Origin: an uncultured Spirochaetota bacterium
GTDB lineage: Bacteria; Spirochaetota; UBA4802; UBA5550
Direction: 5' to 3'
DNA: 64,000 nucleotides
Assembly: GCA_963727175.1 (NCBI GenBank)
Contig: CAVSFD010000002.1
Location: forward strand, 856,782 to 920,781
In this document: positions 9,723 through 18,002 of the stretch, one piece after another
How the letters are laid out: every line of letters starts with the position of its first letter
Position numbering within the stretch: position 1 is the first letter of the stretch
Notes under the pieces: generated by a model
The model's database searches: none
Told to the model about the DNA's origin: nothing
The model's input: the letters and a program-made list of their open reading frames with translations, nothing else
Program-made: the position numbers and the translations under genes

Positions 9723-10264
9723 AAAAGCCGGATAAAGACACCCTCCTCCTCGAAGAGCTCCTGGATAAATACAGGTTCGCAAGACCGGTGCCCGGTGATG
9801 TCAGGGAGCAAATCCTTTCTTCGAAAAAGAAAAACCTGGTACGCATCCTGAAGACCGTCGGCGCTTTCAGCGCCTTATATGGCGTGTTCCTCACCATCTA
9901 TTTTTCCATTAAAAAGCTGGCCGTTGGCGTTCCCATGGCAAAATTCATCATTTCCGGCATGACCGTAGCGGCGGTATCCTACGGTGGGTATTACGCCGCG
10001 AAGACGCTGGTTTCTTCGGAAAAACCCAAAACTTCAGCCGCGCAGGAAAAGCGTCATCCGGCGGAAGAAAACCGGGCAATCTACAAGTGGGTCGATCAGA
10101 TCACACTCTACAACGGCAGGATAATCACAGGAGCAATCATATCGCGCGGCGACCGGTACAAGGTGCTTACCAGCGGCGGGGTCACCTATATTCCGCGGAA
10201 CAAGATCAAGATGGTGAAACCGTTGAGGGTCGAGGCTGACCCGGAGAGCCATCAGACGAAGTAG
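9719..10264 (+). CDS. putative membrane anti-sigma factor
   Basis: Translationally coupled to the ECF sigma gene. Single TM (AFSALYGVFLTIYFSI), with a short cytoplasmic N-terminus and a periplasmic C-terminus. Confidence 0.5.
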   Translation: MKKPDKDTLLLEELLDKYRFARPVPGDVREQILSSKKKNLVRILKTVGAFSALYGVFLTIYFSIKKLAVGVPMAKFIISGMTVAAVSYGGYYAAKTLVSSEKPKTSAAQEKRHPAEENRAIYKWVDQITLYNGRIITGAIISRGDRYKVLTSGGVTYIPRNKIKMVKPLRVEADPESHQTK

Positions 10265-10288
10265 CGTTCCGCCATTCTTCCGGCCGGA

Positions 10289-10717
10289 TCAGAGGAAATA
10301 GAGCTCATTGTCCCCCAGCAGGGAAAAGCCGGCCTCCTGGAGTACCTTCTCGGTTTTTTTGAGGTCCTTCACCTGGAACACGAACACCGCCTCGTGGGAC
10401 CCGCGGATCGTGAAGCCGCAGGCATCTTCCACGTTGATGTCATGTTTCGCCAGAACCGCCGAGGCCTTGTGGAGGCCCCCGGGGCTATCGTCAATCCGCA
10501 CCGCCACGATGTCCTTCAGGGTCGCGGCTATTCCTTCGTCCTTCAGGACCTTGCAGCCGTCCACTGGCCGGTCCACCAGGATTTTGATGATGCCATAATC
10601 GCCTGAGTCGGAGATGGTGATGGCCCGCATGTTGATGTTGTTCCTGCCCAGGATGCCGGAGATGCGTTCGATCTTGCCCGGTTTGTTCTCTGCAAAAATT
10701 GATATCTGCTGCGGCAT
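10289..10717 (-). CDS. ACT-domain protein (tandem ACT), PaaK-associated
   Basis: Two ACT-like halves (ISIFAENKPGKIERISGILG.. and LHKASAVLAKHDINVED). Immediately downstream of paaK, a typical anaerobe arrangement. Confidence 0.65.
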   Translation of the reverse strand: MPQQISIFAENKPGKIERISGILGRNNINMRAITISDSGDYGIIKILVDRPVDGCKVLKDEGIAATLKDIVAVRIDDSPGGLHKASAVLAKHDINVEDACGFTIRGSHEAVFVFQVKDLKKTEKVLQEAGFSLLGDNELYFL

Positions 10718-10727
10718 AACGGCCTCC

Positions 10728-12035
10728 CTATATCTTTCTGTTGTCGATTACCCGCACCGCCTTGCCGGTACTGGGCGGCAGGGATCCCGGTTCCAGGAGC
10801 TCGATGCGCGGGTTTACGGTGATAAGCGCCTTGAGCTCTTCAACCAGCTTCTTCTTAAGCCTGTTCAGCCCCTCCATGTCACCCTGGAACATCTTGGAAT
10901 AGAGCTCGACTTTTATATGGAGCCGGTCCAGGTTCTCGTGGCGGTCAAGGACGATCTGGTAGTTGTTTCCCACTTCTGGTATCTTCATGAGGACCGATTC
11001 TATCTGCGACGGGAACACGTTCACGCCGCCCACGATGAGCATGTCGTCGGTGCGGCCCTTGATCCGTTCGATGCGCCGGTGCGTTCTCCCGCAGGGGCAC
11101 TGCTCCGGGATAATCCTCGTCAGGTCCCGTGTCCGGTAGCGTATGATGGGCATCGCCTCGCGGTTGATATGGGTGAGGACCATCTCCCCGGCATCGCCGT
11201 CCGGCAGCCTCTCGCCTGTATCGGGATTGATGATCTCCATGATATAGAAGTCCTCCCACAGGTGCATCCCGTTTTTCAGCTCGCATTCGAAGGCAACCCC
11301 GGGCCCGTTCATCTCCGAGAGGCCGTAGGAGTTGTACGCATGGAGGCCCCACTGCTCCTGTATCTTGTTGCGCGTCTCCTCGGAGTAGGGCTCCGCGCCC
11401 AGGTACGCCTTCCTCACTCCCAGGTCCGGCGTGTGCACTCCCTGTTCCTTCACCACATCTCCCAGGTGCAGGGCATAGCTCGGGGTTATATGGATCACCG
11501 TGGTATGGAAGTCCTGCATGAGCTGGATCTGCTTCAGGCTGTTCCCCGACGATGCCGGTATCACCATGCAACCGAGCCTCTCGGCCCCATAATGAAGACC
11601 CAGGCCGCCGGTGAAGAGGCCGTATCCCATCATGTTCTGGAACACGTCGTCCCTGGTGGTGCCCGTGGCCATCATCGAGCGTGCGATAAGATCGGCCCAG
11701 TCAGCAATGTCCTTCGCGGTATAGAATATGACCGTGGATTTGCCCGTGGTGCCCGACGAGGCATGAAGGCGCACGATGTCGCCGCGGGGGACCGCCACCA
11801 TGCCGTCAGGGTAGCTCAGGCGAAGGTCCGCCTTGCTGGTGAAGGGAAGCGCTTGGAGGTGATCCAGGGAGGTAATCTTCTCTATATTTACAGAATTATC
11901 GTTGAATACTTTTTTATAAAAGGGGGTGGATGCGGCACTCCGCAATGCCGCGGAAAGCTTTTTGGTCTGCAGTTGCTCCAGCGCTTTCCGGTCAATGGTT
12001 TCAATTTCTTTATTCCAGAACATATGATACCTCAA
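10728..12035 (-). CDS. paaK: phenylacetate-CoA ligase
   Basis: 435 aa. Has the AMP-binding SSGTTGK motif and the PaaK-specific C-terminus (CPCGRTHRRIERIKGRTDDML). Confidence 0.85.
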   Translation of the reverse strand: MRYHMFWNKEIETIDRKALEQLQTKKLSAALRSAASTPFYKKVFNDNSVNIEKITSLDHLQALPFTSKADLRLSYPDGMVAVPRGDIVRLHASSGTTGKSTVIFYTAKDIADWADLIARSMMATGTTRDDVFQNMMGYGLFTGGLGLHYGAERLGCMVIPASSGNSLKQIQLMQDFHTTVIHITPSYALHLGDVVKEQGVHTPDLGVRKAYLGAEPYSEETRNKIQEQWGLHAYNSYGLSEMNGPGVAFECELKNGMHLWEDFYIMEIINPDTGERLPDGDAGEMVLTHINREAMPIIRYRTRDLTRIIPEQCPCGRTHRRIERIKGRTDDMLIVGGVNVFPSQIESVLMKIPEVGNNYQIVLDRHENLDRLHIKVELYSKMFQGDMEGLNRLKKKLVEELKALITVNPRIELLEPGSLPPSTGKAVRVIDNRKI

Positions 12036-12220
12036 CTGTCGCAGATGCTGTTATATCATATCCTTGCCGTTTGCGGTAATATGTCAATGAAATATTTAAA
12101 GAAACTCACGCACCCAGACGGTACCCCCTGAGAGCACCGCGATGCTGGCCGCAGCATGGGCCATCAGCCGGTGCGATCAGCATACTGGCATAATACACGC
12201 CTGATCAGGGGCCGGATCTC

Positions 12221-13093
12221 TCAGCCCAGGCCGCATTCAGCCATCACCTGCTTCAGCAGATCGATATGGTCGGTGACAATACCATCAATGCCCCACTCGA
12301 TGAGGCGCCGCATGTTATCAGGTCGGTTGATGGTCCATGCCAGCACCGGGATTCCGTTCCGGTGCGCATCTTGGATAAGGCCCCGGGTGATGATCCGGGC
12401 GCCCCGGGTGACGCCTTTCCCCAGGTATTCGTACGTCCCGCCCCCCATGAACTCCGGGACAAGCATCGCCACGCCGCCGAGCCGCGCCGTCGCCCTCCTC
12501 CGGAACTTCCTCGTCGCAATGAACTTCAGTATGTCATTCCTGGAAAAACTGGTGATGATCCCGGGAAATTTCTTCCTCACGAATCGCATCGTCCGGTCAT
12601 GGAAGGAGCCGATGATGACGCGCCGCAGGGCCCCCTCTTTTACGATCAAAGACACCACGCGCTCTGCCGCGTCAAGGTCCCTGTCCTTGATGTCAATTGA
12701 AAACCTTGCCCGGGGAAAGGCCTGCAGGGCCTCAGAGAGGAGGGGGATTCTGAAGCCTCTGCCGCGGAAAGGATAGCTTTGGCCGCCGTCAAAGGTCACG
12801 GCATGCCCCGCGTCGAGGGATCTGATTTCATCAATGGTCGCCTTCCCCACAGGTCCTGAACCGCTGGTCTTCAGCTCCAGCATTTCGTCATGGATCATAA
12901 TGATGGCGCCGTCCCCGGTCAGGCGGACGTCGGTTTCAAGGAGACAGCCGGGCAGGACCTCCAGGGCCCTCCGGAATGCTTCGATGGTGTTCTCCGGGTA
13001 CTGGCGGGATGCACCGCGGTGCGCCGTGGGGGTGAAGCCGGCAAAAAACGGGGATCCTCCGCCGGCCTCTGTCTTCTCGGTAACGGGACTCAT
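12221..13093 (-). CDS. glycerophosphodiester phosphodiesterase family protein
   Basis: HRGASRQYPENTIEAF N-terminal catalytic motif. GDPD fold length (290 aa). Confidence 0.75.
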   Translation of the reverse strand: MSPVTEKTEAGGGSPFFAGFTPTAHRGASRQYPENTIEAFRRALEVLPGCLLETDVRLTGDGAIIMIHDEMLELKTSGSGPVGKATIDEIRSLDAGHAVTFDGGQSYPFRGRGFRIPLLSEALQAFPRARFSIDIKDRDLDAAERVVSLIVKEGALRRVIIGSFHDRTMRFVRKKFPGIITSFSRNDILKFIATRKFRRRATARLGGVAMLVPEFMGGGTYEYLGKGVTRGARIITRGLIQDAHRNGIPVLAWTINRPDNMRRLIEWGIDGIVTDHIDLLKQVMAECGLG

Positions 13094-13096
13094 GCC

Positions 13097-13525
13097 TTAC
13101 AGTAACTTCTCCAGCAGTTCCTCAGCGAGACGCACATAGCCGGAACAGACGCTGAAGGCGCCCTGCTCCCGCGCTTTCCTGAGGCCGTCAATGGTGTAGA
13201 TGTCGAAATTAAGAAGGTCCCTGCACAGCAGCGAGCCGCTGCGTTCCTTAAACTGCCTGAGAAATTCCTGCGTAAGCTCGATGATCCGGTCACGCTTATC
13301 GCGCTGCTCGCTTCCTTCCCCGTGCTTCAGGCCGATGGCCATGACCGCACCGGTCACCGCGCCGCACACTTCCTGGACATGGCCGATTCCGCCGCCGAAG
13401 GGGGACGCTATCTTTATGCAGGTTTTTTCATCAAGCCCCAGGGCCGGTCCGTACGTGGAAAGTACCGCCTGGGCGCAGTTCAGCCCACTGTTAAAATTCC
13501 GGACAGCCCTGTCGCCATTGCTCAT
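13097..13525 (-). CDS. C_GCAxxG_C_C family (putative redox-active) protein
   Basis: FNSGLNCAQAVL ... CGAVTGAVMAIG ... C..C matches the C-GCAxxG-C-C family pattern. The start is probably the internal Met (MSNGDR); the longer ORF runs to 13621. Confidence 0.6.
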   Translation of the reverse strand: MSNGDRAVRNFNSGLNCAQAVLSTYGPALGLDEKTCIKIASPFGGGIGHVQEVCGAVTGAVMAIGLKHGEGSEQRDKRDRIIELTQEFLRQFKERSGSLLCRDLLNFDIYTIDGLRKAREQGAFSVCSGYVRLAEELLEKLL

Positions 13526-13746
13526 ATCATAATATCCTTTCGTTTTTTCATGAGGTTCCCAGCCTGCAACGAAAAAGTCAAGCCATATACGGCACCGGCA
13601 CACCATGGCATCCCGCTCCATGCAAGAAGTGTCTTGACATTATTTCATTACGGTATACCATCAATACTCTCCAATCAAGGATGAGCAATAACCTGTACTA
13701 GCGTCACCATCCCGACGCATCTTGAATCGCTATACGGAGGTGCCCC

Positions 13747-15363
13747 ATGAAACGAATAACCCATCTCATTGTCATTGTACTTGCCTGCGTGCAGACCATG
13801 CTTTTTTCAGGCAGCGCCATGGCCCTCGAAGTCGATGTGGATGAGATTCGCACAAAGCGGGTCGAATTCATCAACTACCGGGGCGACACGAAAAAAGCCG
13901 ATCCCCTCAGGGAAATAGAGGATATCGGCAAACAACTTTCCCGGGGAGGCGACGGCGAGCCGGTGCGGTTCCACATGAAATACTCGATACTGCGAGCCGC
14001 CTCGAAGGATGAGCCGGAGCGGTATTCAGCGGATATCTTCTACATTGACAGGGACGCCAGGGTCGGCCACATAGACACGGTACGGCGCATCACCGGCGCC
14101 TACTTCATGAACAAATACGGATACACGCGGTCCCAGGCACGGGCCATATCGCTTTTCCTGACGTACTATAACGCGGTGCACCGGGGCGACCTCGCCTATT
14201 TCGGAAGCAAATACAAGACCGTTGTCATGAAAAACATCAGCGGGCAGAATGCCGGCATATCGACAAAATACTGGGAATGGCCCGGCGCCACGGCAATGCT
14301 GATACCCCTGACGGAACAGTCGAAAAAGGGAAAACTCGATTCGATTGAACCGGACCTCCTCTCCGACAAGAAGACTATCGAGGAGCTCCGCAAGGACAGG
14401 AAGAACATCCCGGAGCGCAAGGAGATGACGGATCTGAGGGAACGTAAACTGGATAAAGACAAGAATGAACTGAAAGAGGAAAAGAAGACCATTGAAAAAA
14501 AGAAGGAAGAGATAAAGAAAAAGGAAGAGGACCTGAAAAAGGAGAAGGAAGAGACAAAGAAAACAGTTGAGCCTGAAAAGCGCAAAGAAAAAGAGAAAGA
14601 GATCGAAAAGAAGGAAAAGAAGATCGAAGAAGAGAAAAAGGAAACTCTGAAGAAAGAAGAGAAATCAAAGGAAAAAGAAAAGACCATCAGGAAACGCGAA
14701 GAGAGCCTCAAGGAGGAAAAGAAGCAGATACAGAAGGACGAGCTGAAGCGCGACATCGAGAAGGAACCGGAAAAAGCGAAGAAAAAGCTCGAGGAAAAAG
14801 AGAAGGAGCTGGACAAGCGCGAAGACAAACTCAGGGAGAAAGAACTGGACAAGAACATCTACGCGGGGAAGCTCTACTACCTGAAGCTCAGGGAATACCT
14901 TGACGGCGGGCACTACAACAATGACCTGTACATGATCAACGCCTCCACGCGGAAAATCATGTTCAAGTCGCCGGTCGAGAACATCTGCGGCAGCCGCTAC
15001 GACGTCTATTCCGGAGGTATCGTCATCATCACCCACAGGGGGAGCCATACCTCGGGGCACCGCCTCACCCTGGTCGACAAGGACACCCTCCAGGCGAAGA
15101 TCTACGGCGAGGACAACGTGTTCTGGAGAAGTTTCATCGAGATTCGCGAAGGTTTCATCTACGCCATAACCTACGACAACGGAAGGCATTACCTGGGCCG
15201 CTTCGACGGGAACCTGAAGCTCGTGGCCAAATCAAAGGAGGAATTGAGCGAGAACACCTTCATCAGCATCTGGGACAACTATATCTACATTAACCGGCAG
15301 GATGGGAAGATCATCGTGCTTAACAAAGAGGACCTGTCCTTTATCGACGAGGTGAAGCCGTGA
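13747..15363 (+). CDS. secreted protein with a central ~190-aa Lys/Glu-rich (ER/K single-alpha-helix-like) spacer
   Basis: Signal peptide (MKRITHLIVIVLACVQTMLFSGSAMA). Globular N-terminal (~200 aa) and C-terminal (~170 aa) domains are separated by a KEEKK/EKEK low-complexity stretch (residues ~215-400). Confidence 0.7.
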   Translation: MKRITHLIVIVLACVQTMLFSGSAMALEVDVDEIRTKRVEFINYRGDTKKADPLREIEDIGKQLSRGGDGEPVRFHMKYSILRAASKDEPERYSADIFYIDRDARVGHIDTVRRITGAYFMNKYGYTRSQARAISLFLTYYNAVHRGDLAYFGSKYKTVVMKNISGQNAGISTKYWEWPGATAMLIPLTEQSKKGKLDSIEPDLLSDKKTIEELRKDRKNIPERKEMTDLRERKLDKDKNELKEEKKTIEKKKEEIKKKEEDLKKEKEETKKTVEPEKRKEKEKEIEKKEKKIEEEKKETLKKEEKSKEKEKTIRKREESLKEEKKQIQKDELKRDIEKEPEKAKKKLEEKEKELDKREDKLREKELDKNIYAGKLYYLKLREYLDGGHYNNDLYMINASTRKIMFKSPVENICGSRYDVYSGGIVIITHRGSHTSGHRLTLVDKDTLQAKIYGEDNVFWRSFIEIREGFIYAITYDNGRHYLGRFDGNLKLVAKSKEELSENTFISIWDNYIYINRQDGKIIVLNKEDLSFIDEVKP

Positions 15364-15372
15364 CATCAAACA

Positions 15373-15406
15373 AGTGAAGGCGCGGTTTTGTAGCCGCGCC
15401 TTCACT
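15373..15406 (+). terminator. strong hairpin (13-bp perfect stem) downstream of the KE-rich protein gene
   Basis: AGTGAAGGCGCGG-ttttgtag-CCGCGCCTTCACT. Confidence 0.5.
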
Positions 15407-15473
15407 TGGCATTATGATGATCTTATTCTTCTCAGCAGGGCCGCGCCCAGTATCCAGACACCTGCTATCACCA

Positions 15474-15659
15474 TCACCGACGGCCAGAAGAGGGCCATAT
15501 CCGGGGGATGAGCCCTGTTTTTTTCCCTATCCAGATCGCGCCGATGACCAGCAGCATAAGGCCGCAGAATATTCCGCTGCTTTTACTCCCGCCGCACCAT
15601 AGGCCGTGATGTCTTACTCGGTCCGGATTATTTGTGTCTGTGTTTGCAGTCATTATCAT
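15474..15659 (-). CDS. small membrane protein (one TM), last gene of the ArsR module
   Basis: 61 aa, hydrophobic core (IFCGLMLLVIGAIWIG). Its start overlaps the stop of the Met/Cys-rich peptide gene. Confidence 0.4.
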   Translation of the reverse strand: MIMTANTDTNNPDRVRHHGLWCGGSKSSGIFCGLMLLVIGAIWIGKKTGLIPRIWPSSGRR

Positions 15660-15865
15660 TCTCCTTTACCCTTGTTTTGTTCATCCATTTTTTTCATCAT
15701 TTCTCTGCACATGGCGGACATTTTCCCGCACATTTGTCCGAAATCTTTCTTTTCCCCTTTCCCTTCCATGCAGCGGCTCATCATCATTTTCATCATTTCC
15801 TGGCAGCCCTTGAAGGAAAATTCCTGGTTTTTCGGCTCCTGCGCCGTGTTCTGATCTGTTGTCAT
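15656..15865 (-). CDS. small Met/Cys-rich putative metal-binding peptide
   Basis: 69 aa with two internally similar motifs (GCQEMMKMMMSRCMEG and MCGKMSAMCREMMKKM). Downstream of the ArsR gene and its palindromic operator. Confidence 0.5.
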   Translation of the reverse strand: MTTDQNTAQEPKNQEFSFKGCQEMMKMMMSRCMEGKGEKKDFGQMCGKMSAMCREMMKKMDEQNKGKGE

Positions 15866-15882
15866 AGTGACACCTCTTGTTA

Positions 15883-15918
15883 ATTTCTATATTTCGAATC
15901 ATTTCGAAATATAGAAAT
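15883..15918. promoter_or_regulatory. perfect 16-bp inverted repeat (ATTTCTATATTTCGAA-tcat-TTCGAAATATAGAAAT), putative ArsR-family operator
   Basis: Sits 18-53 bp upstream of the Met/Cys-rich peptide start. A related ATTTCGA-N6-TCGAAAT palindrome lies upstream of the ArsR gene itself. Confidence 0.55.
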
Positions 15919-16088
15919 AATATACTGTACCCGTGATGAATCGTCAAGGGGGAATGAAAAATATTTCGATATTTTTCGAAATTTCTATAAATCGCCGGGA
16001 AGGCCGATGCGGCGGGAATCAGCGTCCCGGGCTGATCTTTGCCGGTGAGGTAGCGGACCATCAGACTGACGGTCTCTTCCTTGACCAC

Positions 16089-16358
16089 TCAATGGACGGT
16101 CTGGCCGTCGCGCTCGCACGCGATGAGGCCCGCGCTTCTCAATTCCTTCATGTGGTGGGATATGGTCGAGAGGGCCATGTTGAAATTGCTCGCCACGTCG
16201 CATACGGAGAGCCTGTTCTCTTCGTCAAGATTCCCTCTGCCGTGGCCCGCCCTGATATATTCGAACATCGCCAGGCGGTTTTCATTTGAAAGCGCCTTCA
16301 TGGCCGCAGCGACCTGTTTCATTTGTTTTGACCGTTCTGCATGAGATTTCGGGGGCAT
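16089..16358 (-). CDS. ArsR/SmtB-family metalloregulator
   Basis: HTH (LSNENRLAMFEYI...VCDVASNFNMALSTISHHMKELRSAGLI). Ends at an in-frame TGA (...ERDGQTVH*) exactly where ArsR homologues have a conserved aromatic residue. The frame stays open for a further 136 codons downstream. Confidence 0.7.
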   Translation of the reverse strand: MPPKSHAERSKQMKQVAAAMKALSNENRLAMFEYIRAGHGRGNLDEENRLSVCDVASNFNMALSTISHHMKELRSAGLIACERDGQTVH

Positions 16359-16401
16359 GGCGTTTCACCTGGATAGTTATGATAGATAAAAGCTTTTTTA
16401 T

Positions 16402-16421
16402 ATTTCGAGTATTATCGAAAT
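16402..16421. promoter_or_regulatory. palindrome ATTTCGAgtattaTCGAAAT upstream of the ArsR gene (putative autoregulatory operator)
   Basis: Shares the TTTCGA half-site with the operator at 15883-15918. Confidence 0.45.
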
Positions 16422-16608
16422 AGCAAATTGCTGTCAAGTTTTTTCCCGCATGCCGGTGAAATTATCTTTATACTATACGGATTATTCCCTGTTTCTGATA
16501 TACATAAAGACAGCGGATGGGGGAAGGCATGCGGTATAAGAATTACAGCATAGGGGAGTCATTTTCGCATATTTTTTCTTTTTCTATTGTCACAAAACTT
16601 TTTTTCAG

Positions 16609-17523
16609 ATGTATAAGCATCAGCAGGAAAGGATGATGAACATGTTTAACCCGTTTGCAGAAATAATTGATGAAAATGAAAACGACGCCCAGATAATACA
16701 AAGCGTCCTGGAGGGCAACACGGACGCCCTTGAAAAGCTTATATACCGGCACCAGGCGTGGATTTACAATATTGCCCTGAAAATGGTCTTCGATCCGGAT
16801 GACGCTGAAGACGTAACGCAGGAGATCCTTTTGAAGATACTATCGCATCTTTCTGCTTACGATCCATCCAAAGCGGCATTCAGGACATGGCTGTACAGGA
16901 TCGTGGCCAATCACGTGCTCACCATGAAGAACAGAAATCTCGAGACAGCGGTAAGCCGCGTTTATCAGGAAGGTGACTTTACTGTTTCACAGGACGCAAT
17001 TGAAGACCTGCGACAGGCGAGCAGGCCCGAACACCACCTGCTCGTGGAAGAAACCAGGAACATGTGCCTGACAGGAATGCTGCTGTGTCTTGAACGAAAG
17101 CAGCGTCTCATCTTCATCCTCGGAGGCATGTTCGGAATATCTTCATCCGCCGGGTCTGAAATACTCGGCATATCAGGAGCTAATTTCAGGGCCATATTGT
17201 CCCGCGCCAGGAAAAAACTGGGAAATTTCGTGAAACAGAAATGCGGACTGGTGAACCCGGACAATCCATGCCGCTGCGAAGGTCACATTAAAAAACTCAT
17301 TTCTTCCGGCTGGCTAGACCCCGATAATCCGAGGCTTACGGGGAATAGCCTGAAAAAAATATCTTCCATTGCAGTAAATCGGGCCATGGCGGTTGACGGC
17401 GAAATCAGTTCAGTTTTGAAAATTTTCAGGGAATCCCCCTTTTATGAAGGACCGGACATGGCGATAAAAATAAAAGAACTCATAAGCAGGGACGAGTTCA
17501 GCGACTTTTTCAATATACAATGA
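16609..17523 (+). CDS. ECF sigma factor with ~100-aa Cys-containing C-terminal extension
   Basis: Region 2 (DAEDVTQEILLKIL...WLYRIVANH) and region 4 (ILGISGANFRAILSRARKKL) are followed by CGLVNPDNPCRCEGH and further sequence. The start may be one of the internal Mets. Confidence 0.7.
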   Translation: MYKHQQERMMNMFNPFAEIIDENENDAQIIQSVLEGNTDALEKLIYRHQAWIYNIALKMVFDPDDAEDVTQEILLKILSHLSAYDPSKAAFRTWLYRIVANHVLTMKNRNLETAVSRVYQEGDFTVSQDAIEDLRQASRPEHHLLVEETRNMCLTGMLLCLERKQRLIFILGGMFGISSSAGSEILGISGANFRAILSRARKKLGNFVKQKCGLVNPDNPCRCEGHIKKLISSGWLDPDNPRLTGNSLKKISSIAVNRAMAVDGEISSVLKIFRESPFYEGPDMAIKIKELISRDEFSDFFNIQ

Positions 17524-17576
17524 ATTTATACGGATCCGGGATTTATAAACAATACTAAAAACTCACGAGGTTCACC

Positions 17577-17921
17577 ATGGAAAAAATGTACGGAATGTGC
17601 GGAATGGAATGTTCTGGTTGTCCGGCTTACCTGGCAACTCAAAAAAACGATGATGCCGCACGGGCCACGGTGGCGGCCCTATGGTCAAAGATGTTCCACG
17701 CCGAAATCAAGCCGTCAGACATCAACTGCGACGGCTGCCTGTCCGGCTCGGAGAGGCTTTTCGGTCACTGCAAAAATTGCGGGATACGACTGTGCGGCAT
17801 GGACAAAAAACTGGAGACCTGCGCCCAATGCGAATCGTATTCATGCGCGAAGCTTGACGGGCTTTTATCGATACTCCCGAAAACTGCGAGGGTAAACCTT
17901 GAATCCATGCGGAACAGGTAA
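17577..17921 (+). CDS. DUF3795-like cysteine-rich (putative Zn-binding) protein
   Basis: CGMECSGCPAY...INCDGC...CKNCGIRLC...CAQCESYSC pattern characteristic of DUF3795. Immediately downstream of the extended ECF sigma gene. Confidence 0.55.
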   Translation: MEKMYGMCGMECSGCPAYLATQKNDDAARATVAALWSKMFHAEIKPSDINCDGCLSGSERLFGHCKNCGIRLCGMDKKLETCAQCESYSCAKLDGLLSILPKTARVNLESMRNR

Positions 17922-18002
17922 ACCAACAAGAGGCGCCGTAGGACCAAATTTCTTGACAAAATAACCGGCAGGGTATAAAAGAAAGAGAGGACTTAACAAA
18001 CC

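Noticed and set aside
10614-12131. 505-aa plus-strand ORF
   Set aside because: It is antisense to the well-supported paaK gene and has Arg/Gly/His-rich low-complexity typical of spurious antisense ORFs in GC-rich DNA. The same reasoning rejects the many other internal and antisense ORFs, for example 1347-1769(-), 3076-3555(+), 3995-4795(+), 5163-5957(+), 10945-11571(-), 23777-24649(+), 25141-25872(+), 26647-27534(+), 34389-35375(+), 47574-48380(+), 49467-50330(+), 51108-51738(+) and 59748-60506(+).
14350-14860. Highly repetitive DNA (GAAAAAGAAGGAAGA...) as a possible CRISPR or satellite
   Set aside because: It is the coding sequence of the Lys/Glu-rich spacer of the secreted protein. The repetition is codon-level (AAG/GAA/AAA), not a spacer-repeat architecture.
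15681-16088. 136-codon open frame continuing in-frame after the ArsR TGA stop, as a possible selenocysteine or readthrough extension
   Set aside because: The downstream frame runs through the AT-rich operator/promoter region and into the Met-rich peptide gene in a different register. No SECIS-like hairpin is evident. It was kept only as a low-probability note in the findings.
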